Shown: positions 53,107 to 64,000 of the stretch, in pieces | Numbering within the stretch: position 1 is the first letter of the stretch | How the letters are laid out: each line of letters starts with the position of its first letter | Source: an uncultured Pelagibacteraceae bacterium | GTDB lineage: Bacteria; Pseudomonadota; Alphaproteobacteria; Pelagibacterales; Pelagibacteraceae | Reading direction: 5' to 3' | NCBI GenBank assembly: GCA_902566945.1 | Contig: CACFKZ010000002.1 | Coordinates: 4,918 to 68,917 of the forward strand | DNA length: 64,000 nt | Notes under the pieces: generated by a model | Database searches by the model: none | What the model saw: the letters and a program-made list of their open reading frames with translations, nothing else | Told to the model about the DNA's origin: nothing | Made by a program: the position numbers and the translations under genes

Positions 53107-53883
53107 TTAGCTTGTTGCAAGCATTTTTTTAATAGAGCCGATAGCTTTTGCAGGATTAAGGCCTTTCGGGCATGAATTAGTGCAATTCATTATGGTATGA
53201 CATCTATATAACTTCAATTCATCGGCAACTTTCTTCAGTCTTTCTTTTTTGTCACCATCTCTACTATCATTTATCCAACGATATGCCTGCAACAACACTG
53301 CTGGTCCTAAATACTTATCACCATTCCACCAGTAACTCGGGCATGAAGTAGAACAACAAGCACATAAGATACATTCGTAGTATCCATCTAATTTTTCTCT
53401 ATCTTTTTGTGATTGTTTAAGTTCTGTTTTCTCTTGACCAGTTTGATCAACTTTTAACCAAGGTTGAATAGACTCATATTGTTTATATAAATTTGTTAAA
53501 TCTCCAATTAAATCTTTAACTACTTTTAAATGCGGCAAAGGGTATATATTAAGGTCTCCATTTATATCTGAGTGAGATTTAATACATGCTAGACCATTAA
53601 CGCCATCAATATTCATTGCACAAGACCCACAGACACCATGAGCACAAGACCTCCTGAAAGTTAATGATGGGTCTATTTCATTTTTAATCTTAAATAAAAT
53701 ATCTAAAACTTTCGGACCACAATTATCCATATCGACTTCAAATGTATCAATCCTTGGATTTTTCCCTGTCGAAGGATCCCATCTATATACATTTATTTTT
53801 CTTAGATTTTTAGAGTTGGTTTTATCTTTGAAGTAATTACCTACCTCAATTTTAGAATTTTGTGGTAGGCTAAATTGTGCCAT
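53107..53883 (-). CDS. sdhB: Succinate dehydrogenase iron-sulfur subunit
   Basis: [34 protein letters not shown]. Confidence 0.98.
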   Translation of the reverse strand: MAQFSLPQNSKIEVGNYFKDKTNSKNLRKINVYRWDPSTGKNPRIDTFEVDMDNCGPKVLDILFKIKNEIDPSLTFRRSCAHGVCGSCAMNIDGVNGLACIKSHSDINGDLNIYPLPHLKVVKDLIGDLTNLYKQYESIQPWLKVDQTGQEKTELKQSQKDREKLDGYYECILCACCSTSCPSYWWNGDKYLGPAVLLQAYRWINDSRDGDKKERLKKVADELKLYRCHTIMNCTNSCPKGLNPAKAIGSIKKMLATS

Positions 53884-53885
53884 TA

Positions 53886-55661
53886 TTAATAAACTCTCTC
53901 CTTAGGTGGAAAATATTGAACATCATTTGTTAGAGTTCTAGAATGAACATCTCTATATTTTATTTCTACTTTGTTCCCGTTTTGCCAAGCCAAAGTATGT
54001 TTCATAAAATTTTTATCATCTCTTTTTGTAAAGTCTTCTCTGGCGTGCGCCCCTCTACTTTCCTTTCTATTGTAAGCCGAGTCCATAGTAGTTAATGCTT
54101 GGCTTATTAAATTGTCGAATTCCAAAGTTTCTACTAAATCAGTATTAAATAGCAAAGATTTGTCTTTAACAGAAATATCGCTCATACCTTCATAGGGCTC
54201 CCTAATTTGATTTACACCTTCTTTTAAGGTTTTTTCTGTTCTAAATACAGCGCATTTTGACTGCATTGTTTTCTGCATTTGTAATCTCAGCTCTGATGTT
54301 TTTGTAGATCCGTTTGAATTTCTAATTTTGTCAAATCTTTGCAAACATTTATCTGTTTCTAAATTCGACACCTCTTCATGTGTAGCTCCTGGTTTTACGA
54401 TTTCAGCTGCTCTTTTAGCTGCAGCTCTACCAAATACAACTAGGTCTATAAGAGAATTAGAGCCCAACCTATTCGCACCATGCACCGAAACGCAGGCTGC
54501 TTCTCCTATTGCCATTAAACCAGGAACAGTTTTTTCAGATCCATTGAGTGTTAAAACCTCAGCCTTATAATTTGTTGGGATACCTCCCATATTATAGTGC
54601 ACTGTTGGTACAACTGGTATTGGTTCTTTGCTCACGTCCACATTAGCAAATGTTTTGGCAGCCTCTGAAATTCCTGGAAGTCTCTCATCTATAACTTTTT
54701 TATCTATGTGGTCTAAATGAAGATTTATATGATCTTTATTTTTTCCAACGCCTCTTCCTTCGTTTATTTCCATTTCCATAGATCGGCTGACAACATCTCG
54801 AGATGCTAAATCTTTTGCATTAGGAGCATATCTTTCCATGAACCTTTCTCCTTTACCATTAACTAAAAATCCACCTTCACCTCTAACGCCTTCTGTTATT
54901 AGACAGCCTACTCCATAAATCCCAGTAGGATGAAACTGAACAAATTCCATATCCTGCAAAGGTAAACCTGCTCTTAAAACCATAGCGTTACCATCACCAG
55001 TGCAAGTATGGGCAGATGTAGCTGAATAATAAACTTTACCGTACCCTCCAGTTGCAATTATAGTAATGTGTGATCTAAATCTATGAATCGTCCCATCTGT
55101 TAAATTCCAAGCAATTACTCCCTTACATTCACCGTTTTTCATAATTAAATCTAAAGCAAAGTACTCAATAAAAAATTCGGTATTTTGTTTTAATGCTTGT
55201 CCGTACAATGTATGTAAAATAGCATGACCTGTTCTATCAGCAGCTGCACATGTTCTTTGTGCTGTGCCGTTACCATAATTTTTCGTCATACCACCAAAAG
55301 GTCTTTGATAAATTTTTCCATCTTCTGTTCTACTAAAAGGGACACCATATCTCTCTAGCTCAACTACTGCTCTTGGTGCTTCTTTGCATAAATACTCAAT
55401 TGCATCTTGATCGCCAAGCCAGTCAGAGCCTTTTACCGTATCGTACATGTGCCATCTCCAATCATCTTCACCCATGTTTCCCAAAGCTGCGGAAATACCT
55501 CCTTGAGCTGCTGATGTGTGGCTTCGAGTTGGAAAAACTTTTGATATACAAGCAGTTTTTAAACCTGCTTCCGATAATCCAACAGCTGCTCTTAAGCCTG
55601 ACCCACCAGCTCCAAGAACTACAACATCGTATTCGTGATCTATAATTTTATATGTGCTCAT
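53886..55661 (-). CDS. sdhA: Succinate dehydrogenase flavoprotein subunit
   Basis: [27 protein letters not shown]. Confidence 0.98.
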   Translation of the reverse strand: MSTYKIIDHEYDVVVLGAGGSGLRAAVGLSEAGLKTACISKVFPTRSHTSAAQGGISAALGNMGEDDWRWHMYDTVKGSDWLGDQDAIEYLCKEAPRAVVELERYGVPFSRTEDGKIYQRPFGGMTKNYGNGTAQRTCAAADRTGHAILHTLYGQALKQNTEFFIEYFALDLIMKNGECKGVIAWNLTDGTIHRFRSHITIIATGGYGKVYYSATSAHTCTGDGNAMVLRAGLPLQDMEFVQFHPTGIYGVGCLITEGVRGEGGFLVNGKGERFMERYAPNAKDLASRDVVSRSMEMEINEGRGVGKNKDHINLHLDHIDKKVIDERLPGISEAAKTFANVDVSKEPIPVVPTVHYNMGGIPTNYKAEVLTLNGSEKTVPGLMAIGEAACVSVHGANRLGSNSLIDLVVFGRAAAKRAAEIVKPGATHEEVSNLETDKCLQRFDKIRNSNGSTKTSELRLQMQKTMQSKCAVFRTEKTLKEGVNQIREPYEGMSDISVKDKSLLFNTDLVETLEFDNLISQALTTMDSAYNRKESRGAHAREDFTKRDDKNFMKHTLAWQNGNKVEIKYRDVHSRTLTNDVQYFPPKERVY

Positions 55662-55988
55662 TTAATTAAGGATATATATACTTAAAATTGTTAATAATGG
55701 AATCGTTATAGCAAATAAATATAGTGCTTTATTTGCGACATTTTTGATTTTCTCGTCATGTAAATAATCCTCAAAAATCTCACTTATTGTCAGTGCTGAA
55801 AAAAAGAAAGCAATTACAATGAATACTGAAAATAATATTTTTGACGGTTGTTCGGAAAAAAAGGTTGTTATTTGAGAATGATTCTTATCATAAATTGAAA
55901 CAAAATTTACCAAGAACCAAGCCATCAAGGGAATCAAAATTAATGAGCTAATTTTTGTAAAAAGCCACTTTTTTGTAGATGTATGCAT
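55662..55988 (-). CDS. sdhD: Succinate dehydrogenase hydrophobic anchor subunit
   Basis: Three TM helices, IFEDY motif, position between sdhC and sdhA. Confidence 0.88.
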   Translation of the reverse strand: MHTSTKKWLFTKISSLILIPLMAWFLVNFVSIYDKNHSQITTFFSEQPSKILFSVFIVIAFFFSALTISEIFEDYLHDEKIKNVANKALYLFAITIPLLTILSIYILN

Positions 55989-56372
55989 TTAAAAAAAATT
56001 TCTCCCTAATATATAAAATAAAATTGTTAATACAAATGAACCAATGAAAGCAATCATACCTGTAATTTTTGCTACTTTTAAATCATAACCATACCCAGCA
56101 TCCCAAACTAAATGTCTTAATTCATTTAAAATGTGAAAGCTAAAAGTCCAACACAAAGAAATAACAATAAATTTTCCAAAACTTGTGTTTAAAAAAACAT
56201 TTACAGCTGAATAATTATTTTGACCAAAAATTATAAATATTGCCCAAACACAAATTAAAATTATTGCAAAAAAATTGATTACACCAACTATTCTATGAGT
56301 AATAGATAGTAAAGAGGAAATTTGCCATTTGTAAATTTGAAGATGAGGGCTAAGGGGATTATTATTTTCCAT
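55989..56372 (-). CDS. sdhC: Succinate dehydrogenase cytochrome b556 subunit
   Basis: PLSPHLQIY, SITHR, H....RHLVWD; ATG 56372 preferred. Confidence 0.95.
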   Translation of the reverse strand: MENNNPLSPHLQIYKWQISSLLSITHRIVGVINFFAIILICVWAIFIIFGQNNYSAVNVFLNTSFGKFIVISLCWTFSFHILNELRHLVWDAGYGYDLKVAKITGMIAFIGSFVLTILFYILGRNFF

Positions 56373-56392
56373 GCTTAATTTATAAACCAAAG

Positions 56393-57385
56393 TTATATTT
56401 TTTTCATCAAACTCTCTGCTATTTGAACTGTATTTAAAGCCGCTCCTTTTAATAAATTATCAGAAACTACCCACAAATTGATAGCTTTAATATTGGAATT
56501 GTCCTTTCTTATCCTAGAGATAAAAGTTGTATAGTCACCTTCGGCTTCTAAAGGAGTTATATAACCACCATCTTTTCTTTCATCAACAACTTTGCATCCA
56601 GGAGCTTTTTGAAGAATCCTAATTATATTTTCAAAATCATAAAGGTTTTCAAATTCAATATTAATTGACTCTGAATGCCCTGTTTTCACGGGAACCCTTA
56701 CGCACGTTGCTGTAACTTCGATTTCATTATCTAAAATTTTTTTTGTCTCATTAGTCATTTTCAATTCCTCTTTTGTGTACCCATCTTTTTCAAAAACGTC
56801 GATGTGAGGTATTAAATTAAATGCTATTTGTTTCGTAAAGTTTTGAGAGTTAATTTTTTTTCCCTCTAAATATTTTTTTGATTGATCGAATAGCTCATCC
56901 ATTGATTCTTTGCCAGCACCAGATACAGCTTGGTAAGTTGAGACTACTACTCTTTTAATTTTGTACTCATCATGTAAAGGTTTTAATGCTAAAACCATTT
57001 GCATTGTCGAGCAGTTTGGATTGGAAATTATATTGTTATGTTTATCAAGAGCTTCAGGATTAACTTCTGAAACAACAAGTGGAACATCTTTTTGCATTCT
57101 AAAATAACTTGAGTTGTCAATTATTATAGTTTTTTTTGATGCTTTTGGAGCCCATTCTTTTGCGATCTTACTTCCTGCTGCAAAAAAAGTAATTTGTGCT
57201 TTAGAAAAATCATAATTTTCTAAAACCTCAATCTCAATTTCTTTATTTCTAAATTTAATTTTTTTTCCAGCACTTTTTGAAGAGGCTACTAAAAAAAGGT
57301 TGTCGAGTTTAATTTTAGATTTCTCTAAAATTTCAATTGTTTTTCTTCCAACATTACCTGAGGCACCAATAATTGCAAAATTCAT
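56393..57385 (-). CDS. asd: Aspartate-semialdehyde dehydrogenase
   Basis: GASGNVG, NPNCST, YQAVSGAG, DNLLKGAALN. Confidence 0.97.
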   Translation of the reverse strand: MNFAIIGASGNVGRKTIEILEKSKIKLDNLFLVASSKSAGKKIKFRNKEIEIEVLENYDFSKAQITFFAAGSKIAKEWAPKASKKTIIIDNSSYFRMQKDVPLVVSEVNPEALDKHNNIISNPNCSTMQMVLALKPLHDEYKIKRVVVSTYQAVSGAGKESMDELFDQSKKYLEGKKINSQNFTKQIAFNLIPHIDVFEKDGYTKEELKMTNETKKILDNEIEVTATCVRVPVKTGHSESINIEFENLYDFENIIRILQKAPGCKVVDERKDGGYITPLEAEGDYTTFISRIRKDNSNIKAINLWVVSDNLLKGAALNTVQIAESLMKKI

Positions 57386-57396
57386 AATGATTTACT

Positions 57397-58497
57397 TTAT
57401 TTCAATTTTGCAATAATTGCATCACCCATGTCAGTTGTAGAAACCTCTTTCATATTTTTTGACATTATATCTTTAGTTCTTAATCCTTCGTCAAGAACGC
57501 TTTGAACTGCTTTATCAATTTGGTCGGCTTCTTTACTAAGATCTAAAGAATATCTTAAAGCCATTGATAAACTTAAAATTGTAGCTATTGGATTTGCTAT
57601 GTTTTTACCTTCAATATCTGGAGCTGATCCGTGAACAGGTTCGTAAAGAGATCTTATTCTTCCGTTTTTATCTTTTGAACCTAACGAAGCAGAGGGTAAA
57701 AGTCCAAGCGAACCAGTCAACATTGCAGCTTCATCAGAAAGCATATCACCAAACAAATTATCAGCTAATATCACATCGAACTGTTTTGGATGCCTTAAAA
57801 GCTGCATGGCACAATTATCGGCTAACATGTGATTTAGCTCAACTTTTTTAAATTCTTTATCTTTTATAACCTGAACTTCTTCCCTCCATAACACGCCTGC
57901 TTCCATTACATTTGATTTTTCACAAGATGTAACTTTGTTTCTTCTTTTTTTTGCCAAATCAAAAGCTACACGAGCAATTCTATGAATTTCTGATGTTGTA
58001 TAAGTGTGAGTGTTAACACCTTTCCTTTGATTATTTTCCATTGGTTCGATGCCTCTTGGTTCACCAAAATAAATACCGCCGGTTAATTCTCTTACTATCA
58101 TTATGTCTAAACCTGATACAATTTCTGGTTTTAACGTTGAGGAGTCAACTAATTGTTTAAAGCAAATCGCTGGTCTCAAGTTTGCAAAGAGTTTTAATTC
58201 TTTTCTAAGTTTTAAAAGAGCTCTCTCTGGTTTTTTTGAAAATTCTAAGTTATCCCATTTAGGTCCACCACATGCACCTAGTATTACTGCGTCTGACTCT
58301 AAAGATTTATAAAAAACCTCATCTGTAATTGGAACTTTATTAGCATCGATAGATGCGCCTCCAATTAACTCTTGACTTAATACGAAATCTAAAGATTTTG
58401 TTTTATTCATCCAATCTAGTATTTTTCTTACTTCACCAATTACCTCTGGACCAATACCATCACCTGGTAAAAGTAAAATTTTCCTAGTTTTAGGCAT
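57397..58497 (-). CDS. leuB: 3-isopropylmalate dehydrogenase
   Basis: [39 protein letters not shown]. Confidence 0.98.
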   Translation of the reverse strand: MPKTRKILLLPGDGIGPEVIGEVRKILDWMNKTKSLDFVLSQELIGGASIDANKVPITDEVFYKSLESDAVILGACGGPKWDNLEFSKKPERALLKLRKELKLFANLRPAICFKQLVDSSTLKPEIVSGLDIMIVRELTGGIYFGEPRGIEPMENNQRKGVNTHTYTTSEIHRIARVAFDLAKKRRNKVTSCEKSNVMEAGVLWREEVQVIKDKEFKKVELNHMLADNCAMQLLRHPKQFDVILADNLFGDMLSDEAAMLTGSLGLLPSASLGSKDKNGRIRSLYEPVHGSAPDIEGKNIANPIATILSLSMALRYSLDLSKEADQIDKAVQSVLDEGLRTKDIMSKNMKEVSTTDMGDAIIAKLK

Positions 58498-59098
58498 TAT
58501 TTAAAACCCAAGGTTTTGTATTTTGTAATTTTTTTTCATAGTCATCTACTTTAGAAATTTTTTCCATTGAGAGGGCTATATCATCTAGTCCTTCCATCAA
58601 ACATTTCTTTTTAAAAGGATCTAGATCAAACTTTGCAACTTTATTTCCGTATTTTATTTCTTGCTTTTCTAAACTTATTTCAATTTCTTCTTTCCTCTTA
58701 CAATACTCAGCTAACTCAACAACAATTTTTTCGTCGATCTTAATTGGAAGAATTCCATTTTTAAAACAATTGTTGTAAAAAATATCTGCAAAACTCGAGC
58801 TTATTACACTTTTTATACCAAAATCAGAAAGGGCCCATGGGGCGTGCTCTCTGGATGAACCGCATCCAAAATTTTTGCCAGCTAAAAGAATTTTAGATTT
58901 GTTATATGGTTCCTTATTAAGAATAAAATCTGAAATTTTGTTTCCGTTTTCATCATATCGCATTTCATAGAACAGACTTTTTCCTAAACCTGTTCTTTTA
59001 ATAGTTTTTAAAAATTGCTTAGGGATAATCATATCAGTATCAATATTTTGTAATGATAAATATGATGGTATTGATTTAAGATTATTAAATTTTTCCAT
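58490..59098 (-). CDS. leuD: 3-isopropylmalate dehydratase small subunit
   Basis: [28 protein letters not shown]. Confidence 0.98.
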   Translation of the reverse strand: MEKFNNLKSIPSYLSLQNIDTDMIIPKQFLKTIKRTGLGKSLFYEMRYDENGNKISDFILNKEPYNKSKILLAGKNFGCGSSREHAPWALSDFGIKSVISSSFADIFYNNCFKNGILPIKIDEKIVVELAEYCKRKEEIEISLEKQEIKYGNKVAKFDLDPFKKKCLMEGLDDIALSMEKISKVDDYEKKLQNTKPWVLNNA

Positions 59099-59099
59099 T

Positions 59100-60497
59100 C
59101 TATATTTCTCTTACGTCTGCTAACCGCCCTTTAATTGCAGCTGCAATAGCCATACCTGGACTAACTAGATGTGTTCTTCCGCCACGACCTTGTCTGCCTT
59201 CAAAATTTCTATTTGATGTGGATGCGCATCTTTCTTTTGGCTTTAATTGGTCTGGATTCATTCCTAAACACATAGAACAACCGGGTTCTCTCCACTCAAA
59301 GCCTGCGTTTTTAAAAATTTTATCTAATCCCTCTTTTTCTGCCTGCTCTTTAACTAATCCAGATCCCGGTACAACCATTGCACTAACATTATCGGCAATC
59401 CTTTTACCTTTCAAAAGATCGGCAGCCAATCTTAGATCCTCTATTCTTCCATTTGTACAACTACCAATAAAAATCTTATCAATTTTTATATCTGAAATTT
59501 TAGTATTTGCTTTTAAACCCATATATTCAAGCGATCTTTTCATAGCCATTTTTCTATCTTCATTTTTTTCATTTTCAGGATCAGGCACAATGCCAGTTAC
59601 TGGTGATACGTCTTGAGGCGAAGTCCCCCAAGTAACCAATGGTTCTATATTTTTCCCATCTATATTAATTTCTTTATCAAATTTGCAATCTTTGTCTGAA
59701 TACAATGTCCTCCAAAATTCTACGGCTTTATTCCAATTTTCTCCTTTAGGCGACATGGTTTTACCTTTTAAATAACTAAAAGTCTTTTCGTCTGGTGCAA
59801 TTAAACCCGCTCTAGCACCAGCTTCAATAGTCATATTACAAACAGTCATTCTCTCTTCCATGCTTAAGTTTTTGATCACATCTCCAGCGAATTCAACTAC
59901 ATATCCAGTTCCACCCGCAGTTCCAATCGTACCAATAATTTTTAATATTACATCTTTTGCTGTAACACCTTTTGGTAAATTGCCATTCACGTTTATTCTT
60001 AAATTTTTTGATTTCTTCTGCATTAAAGTTTGCGTAGCAAGAACATGTTCAACTTCAGATGTTCCTATTCCAAAAGCTAATGCTCCGAAAGCTCCATGTG
60101 TTGCTGTATGACTATCACCACAAACTATTACTGTACCTGGCTGAGTGAAACCTTGTTCGGGTCCTATAATATGGACTATACCTTGACGCTTATCATTTAC
60201 ATCAAAAAGTTCTACTCCAAAGTCTTTGCAGTTTTTCCTTAATGTTTCGACTTGTATTCTAGAATCCTCATCATTTATACCTTTAGATCTATCGGTTGTA
60301 GGAACATTATGGTCAGGCACTGCAAGTGTTAATTCTGGTCGTCTAACTTTTCTTTTTTGTAATCTGAGACCTTCAAAAGCTTGGGGGCTTGTAACTTCAT
60401 GAACTAAATGTCTATCTACATAAATTAATGATGTTCCATCACTTTGTTCATGAACAAGATGGTTTTCCCATATCTTATCGTATAGAGTTTTAGACAT
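59100..60497 (-). CDS. leuC: 3-isopropylmalate dehydratase large subunit
   Basis: [33 protein letters not shown]. Confidence 0.98.
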   Translation of the reverse strand: MSKTLYDKIWENHLVHEQSDGTSLIYVDRHLVHEVTSPQAFEGLRLQKRKVRRPELTLAVPDHNVPTTDRSKGINDEDSRIQVETLRKNCKDFGVELFDVNDKRQGIVHIIGPEQGFTQPGTVIVCGDSHTATHGAFGALAFGIGTSEVEHVLATQTLMQKKSKNLRINVNGNLPKGVTAKDVILKIIGTIGTAGGTGYVVEFAGDVIKNLSMEERMTVCNMTIEAGARAGLIAPDEKTFSYLKGKTMSPKGENWNKAVEFWRTLYSDKDCKFDKEINIDGKNIEPLVTWGTSPQDVSPVTGIVPDPENEKNEDRKMAMKRSLEYMGLKANTKISDIKIDKIFIGSCTNGRIEDLRLAADLLKGKRIADNVSAMVVPGSGLVKEQAEKEGLDKIFKNAGFEWREPGCSMCLGMNPDQLKPKERCASTSNRNFEGRQGRGGRTHLVSPGMAIAAAIKGRLADVREI

Positions 60498-60503
60498 TTA
60501 ATT

Positions 60504-61022
60504 TTATTTTTTTTCGCTAGTTGGCTTCTCAGCTTTAGCTTCGACTTTTTCAACTTTTTTAGCCTCTTGCTTAACTTCTTCAGCTTTAGTCTCTTGCTTA
60601 ACAGGCTCGGTCGTTTTTACTTTTGTTTCCTCAGGCTTAACAGAAACATCAACACCAATTTTTTTTTTTATTTTTTCAGCAATTCTTGCAGATTTTCCTT
60701 TTCTATCTCTTAAATAATATAGTTTGGCTCTTCTTACTTTTCCTGTTCTTATTACTTTAATTGAATCTACATTAGGACTGTAAAGAGCAAAAGTTCTCTC
60801 TACTCCCTCACCAAACGAAATTTTTCTTACTGTAAAAGATGAGTTTATGTCTCTATTTTTTTTTGCAATACAAACACCTTCGAAGAATTGAATTCTCTCT
60901 CTTTTACCTTCTACAATTTTAACACCAACTTTTATTGTATCTCCCGGAGAAAAGTCTGTAATTTTTTTATTAGCAACTATTTTCTTAATTGCTGCTTTAT
61001 TTATGTCTTCAATGTTTTTCAT
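60504..61022 (-). CDS. rplS: 50S ribosomal protein L19 with K/E-rich C-terminal extension
   Basis: [18 protein letters not shown]. Confidence 0.97.
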   Translation of the reverse strand: MKNIEDINKAAIKKIVANKKITDFSPGDTIKVGVKIVEGKRERIQFFEGVCIAKKNRDINSSFTVRKISFGEGVERTFALYSPNVDSIKVIRTGKVRRAKLYYLRDRKGKSARIAEKIKKKIGVDVSVKPEETKVKTTEPVKQETKAEEVKQEAKKVEKVEAKAEKPTSEKK

Positions 61023-61710
61023 TTTTTTTCTCTAAATATTTTTTCCAAAGATCTGGTCTCTGGCGACGTGTTATAGCCTCAGATTGAGATAAACGCCACC
61101 CTTTTATTTTGGCATGATCACCTGAAAATAAGACCTCTGGTGGGCTTTTACCTTCCCATTCTCTTGGTTTAGTATATTGAGGGTATTCTAAAAGATGATT
61201 TTCAAAACTTTCTTCTTTAATGGAGTCTTTATTTCCAAGCACTCCCGGTAACAATCGAACTAAAGAATCAATGATCACAAAAGAAGCTGGCTCTCCCCCT
61301 GATAGGACAAAATCACCCAAACTATATTCTTCAATATTTCTTGTCTCTAAGAGTCTTTGATCAACACCCTCAAAATGACCACAGATAAGGTTTACATTTT
61401 TTTCTTTACTTAAAGATCTTGCAACGTTTTGATCAAATTTTTTACCTCTTGGAGATAAGTAGATAATTTTTTCACCTTTTTTTATATTATTATCAAGCGC
61501 TGATGCTAATATATCAGGACGTAAAAGCATTCCACTTCCTCCGCCAAAAGGAGTGTCGTCTACAGTACCGTGATTATCTTTTGAATAATCTCTAATATTA
61601 ATTACTTTTAAATTCCAAATCTTGTTTTCCTTTGCCTTTTTAAATATCCCTATATCTAATGGTCCAGGAAATAGATCTGGATATAAAGTAAAAATTTTTA
61701 CCTCTAACAT
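61009..61710 (-). CDS. trmD: tRNA (guanine-N1)-methyltransferase
   Basis: [35 protein letters not shown]. Confidence 0.97.
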   Translation of the reverse strand: MLEVKIFTLYPDLFPGPLDIGIFKKAKENKIWNLKVINIRDYSKDNHGTVDDTPFGGGSGMLLRPDILASALDNNIKKGEKIIYLSPRGKKFDQNVARSLSKEKNVNLICGHFEGVDQRLLETRNIEEYSLGDFVLSGGEPASFVIIDSLVRLLPGVLGNKDSIKEESFENHLLEYPQYTKPREWEGKSPPEVLFSGDHAKIKGWRLSQSEAITRRQRPDLWKKYLEKKNEKH

Positions 61711-61727
61711 CTCTAATTACCTTTTAG

Positions 61728-62279
61728 TTAAGCCTTTTTTTCTTCCTTCTTTGGCTCTTCTTTTTTGGCCTCTGCTTTAGGTTGTTCCTTTTTAGGTTCT
61801 TCCTTTTTAGCCTCTGCCTTAGGTTGTTCCTTTTTAGGTTCTTCCTTTTTAGCCTCTGCCTTAGGTTGTTCCTTTTTAGGATCCTCTTTTTTTGCTTCAG
61901 CTTTTTGATCTGGCTTTTTACTGTCAGCTGCTGGAGCTTCTTTTTTAGTTTCTTCTTTTTTATCTCCTTCAGTTTTTTTTCTATCTTTTTTTGGTACTGC
62001 CTTTTGAGGATTATTCCCAGGTTTTGGCATTGGCATTAACTGCACCTCTCCTAGTAATCTAGAAACTCTCATCGTTGGCTGAGCTCCTTTGCTCATCCAA
62101 TATTTTACTCTTTCTGCCTCTACTTTTATTCTTTCCTTTTTATCTTTAGGGAGTAACGGATTGTAAGAGCCAATTTTTTCAATAAATTTTCCATCTCTTG
62201 GGTATCTACTGTCAGCAATTACAATTTTATAAATGGGTCTTTTTCTTACACCACCCATTGATAGTCTTATTCTTAACAT
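61728..62279 (-). CDS. rpsP: 30S ribosomal protein S16 with long repetitive C-terminal extension
   Basis: [28 protein letters not shown]. Confidence 0.97.
   Translation of the reverse strand: MLRIRLSMGGVRKRPIYKIVIADSRYPRDGKFIEKIGSYNPLLPKDKKERIKVEAERVKYWMSKGAQPTMRVSRLLGEVQLMPMPKPGNNPQKAVPKKDRKKTEGDKKEETKKEAPAADSKKPDQKAEAKKEDPKKEQPKAEAKKEEPKKEQPKAEAKKEEPKKEQPKAEAKKEEPKKEEKKA
61745..61900 (-). repeat. 42-bp coding tandem repeat (about 3.5 units; [14 protein letters not shown]) in rpsP
   Basis: GCCTCTGC recurs at 61768, 61810 and 61852 (period 42) with near-identical units. Confidence 0.9.
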
Positions 62280-62289
62280 TTTATACCTT

Positions 62290-63642
62290 TCATTTTAGTT
62301 GATTAAGCATTTCATCTGGGATCATCCCTGATGGAATTTTTTTTCCTTGAGACATTTTTTTCATCATGTCTGACATCATTTTGAATTGTTTTAATAATTT
62401 GTTTATTTTTGAAACATCTACACCTGCTCCTTTGGAAATTCTTTTACGTCTTGATCCACTAATAATTTTTGGATTTTCTCTTTCATTTTTAGTCATTGAT
62501 AAAATAATTGCTTCATTCTCCACTAACATTTTTTCATCTATATTTGCTTGATCCATTTTTGCTTTCATTTTATTCACTCCTGGCAACATAGACATAACAC
62601 CTTCCATTCCACCCATTTTTTTCATTTGCCTTAATTGCGAAAGATATGAGTCCATTGTAAATATCCCTTTTTTTAATTCATCTTCTGTCTCTTTAATTTT
62701 TTCTTCACTTAAATCTTGTTGAGCTTTTTCTACTAGAGTTACTACATCGCCCATTCCCAAAATTCTATTAGCTAATCGATCAGGATGAAAAAGTTCAAGA
62801 TCTGTGATTTTTTCTCCAACACCAATATACTTAATTGGTTTACCGGTCACATGTTTCATGCTTAATGCTGCGCCACCTCGAGCATCACCATCAACTCGTG
62901 TAAGGATAATTCCAGAGAGATTTACAGCAGTGTCAAATTCTTTTGCAACATTTACGGCTATCTGTCCTGTTAATGAATCAGCTACTAAAATTGTTTCGGC
63001 TGGTTTTGTAATATCTTTTATTTGCTTTATCTCAGACATCATTGGTAAATCTATCTGGGTTCTTCCTGCAGTATCAAATATTATAACGTCTGAGCCATTG
63101 AGGTTAGCAGCATTTAGTGCTCTTTTAGTAATGTCGATTGGTTGTTGCTTTTCAATTATAGGCAAACATTGGATACTGTTTGCTTCAGCAAGTAATTTAA
63201 GTTGTTCTTGAGCAGCAGGTCTGTAAACGTCTAAACTAACTAACATTACTTTTTTTTTAAAACTCCTCTCTATATTTTTTGCTAACTTTGCTGCAGAAGT
63301 TGTTTTACCTGAACCTTGTAGCCCAACTAATAAAAGAGAAACTGGTGGAACAGCTTTGAAGTTAAGTTCTTCGTTTTTAGAGCCTAAAATATTTACCAGT
63401 TCATCGTAAACAACTTTAACTATCATCTGCCCAGCAGATGTTGATTTTATAATTTCTTTACCAATAGCTTTTGGTTTTACATTGGCTATAAATTCTTTAG
63501 TAACTGGAAGAGCCACATCAGCCTCTAATAAAGCTAATCTTATCTCTTTTAAGCCAGAGTCAACTTGCTCCTCAGTCAAAGAGGGAGCACTTTTTAGCTT
63601 AGAAAAAATATTTTCTAATTTATTTGTTAAATTTTCAAACAT
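62290..63642 (-). CDS. ffh: Signal recognition particle protein Ffh
   Basis: MFENLT start at ATG 63642, [21 protein letters not shown], Met-rich M domain. Confidence 0.98.
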   Translation of the reverse strand: MFENLTNKLENIFSKLKSAPSLTEEQVDSGLKEIRLALLEADVALPVTKEFIANVKPKAIGKEIIKSTSAGQMIVKVVYDELVNILGSKNEELNFKAVPPVSLLLVGLQGSGKTTSAAKLAKNIERSFKKKVMLVSLDVYRPAAQEQLKLLAEANSIQCLPIIEKQQPIDITKRALNAANLNGSDVIIFDTAGRTQIDLPMMSEIKQIKDITKPAETILVADSLTGQIAVNVAKEFDTAVNLSGIILTRVDGDARGGAALSMKHVTGKPIKYIGVGEKITDLELFHPDRLANRILGMGDVVTLVEKAQQDLSEEKIKETEDELKKGIFTMDSYLSQLRQMKKMGGMEGVMSMLPGVNKMKAKMDQANIDEKMLVENEAIILSMTKNERENPKIISGSRRKRISKGAGVDVSKINKLLKQFKMMSDMMKKMSQGKKIPSGMIPDEMLNQLK

Positions 63643-63649
63643 TTTTATA

Positions 63650-63748
63650 ACGTCCAACACCTATCGCACTAGTGGGCGAACCTTCGCTGACTAGTGTCGA
63701 CGCTCTTGATTTCAAGAGCACCGCAAAAACAAGTGTATTTGCGGAAAG
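63650..63748 (-). ncRNA. Structured ffh 5' leader RNA (ffh motif)
   Basis: GC-rich hairpins CCGCAAA/TTTGCGG, GCTCTTGA/TCAAGAGC and CACTAGT-[GCGAA/TTCGC]-ACTAGTG upstream of ffh; a structured ffh leader is described in Pelagibacter and other alphaproteobacteria. Confidence 0.8.
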
Positions 63749-63755
63749 TTCGTGG

Positions 63756-63784
63756 AAACTACAATTTGGGGTTTTAAAAGTCAA
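63756..63784 (-). promoter_or_regulatory. Candidate sigma70 promoter of ffh
   Basis: TTGACT(63784-63779)-17 nt-TAGTTT(63761-63756), just 5' of the leader hairpins. Confidence 0.6.
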
Positions 63785-63806
63785 TGAATAATTATACTAA
63801 TCAATT

Positions 63807-64000
63807 ATGGCAACGATTAACGCATATAAAATGGATGGATTGGGTAATGATTTCATTATTATCGATAGAAGATCAAGTCCTATCAACTTGACCAAAGATA
63901 AAATTATTGAGTTGGGAAAAAGAAGTAACATTGGTTTTGATCAAATAATTTTTATTGAAAAGGAAAAAGAAAATTCTTTTCCTATAACAATTTTTAATTC
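63807..64000 (+). CDS. dapF: Diaminopimelate epimerase (5' part; truncated by the window end)
   Basis: MATINAYKMDGLGNDFIIID...IGFDQ matches the DapF N-terminal KMxGxGNDF and IGxDQ motifs; divergent from ffh. Confidence 0.9.
   Translation, partial: MATINAYKMDGLGNDFIIIDRRSSPINLTKDKIIELGKRSNIGFDQIIFIEKEKENSFPITIFN

Noticed and set aside
61745-61900. Repeat as a CRISPR array
   Set aside because: The units are contiguous with no unique spacers, lie in frame within rpsP, and no cas genes are present.
63650-63748. ffh leader as the SRP 4.5S RNA or a tRNA
   Set aside because: It lacks the SRP domain IV signature (CAGG-stem-GNRA-stem-AGCAG) and has no cloverleaf; it fits a cis-leader better.

Overview
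AT-rich, tightly packed 64-kb core-genome segment of a streamlined alphaproteobacterium, most likely Pelagibacterales/SAR11 (inferred from gene order, minimal intergenic space, a SAM-II riboswitch before metX and a structured ffh leader). It carries a TAXI-TRAP transporter whose permease has a 1-nt frameshift, a helicase-terB-fdxA-carD operon, tRNA-Leu(CAA), amino-acid biosynthesis genes (argH, lysA, tyrA, hisC, metXW, proBA, asd, leuBDC, partial dapF), rplU-rpmA-obgE, the F1 ATP synthase operon, priA, the TCA cluster (sdhCDAB-mmsA-mdh-sucCDAB-lpdA) and ffh-rpsP-trmD-rplS (no rimM). The most notable items are: (1) a very AT-rich five-gene islet between mdh and sucC (GMC oxidoreductase, DegT aminotransferase, GT-C-like membrane protein, GNAT, GtrB-like GT2) that looks like a self-contained lipid-linked amino-sugar surface-modification system; (2) a 23-aa protamine-like basic peptide gene, absent from the ORF track, with its own promoter, Shine-Dalgarno and terminator, convergent on a CarD that has a similar basic N-terminal tail; (3) a SAM-II aptamer wired to an intrinsic terminator/antiterminator; (4) a tandem-duplicated winged-helix protein. 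No integrase, transposase, prophage or CRISPR array was seen. All calls come from reading motifs by eye; no searches were run.
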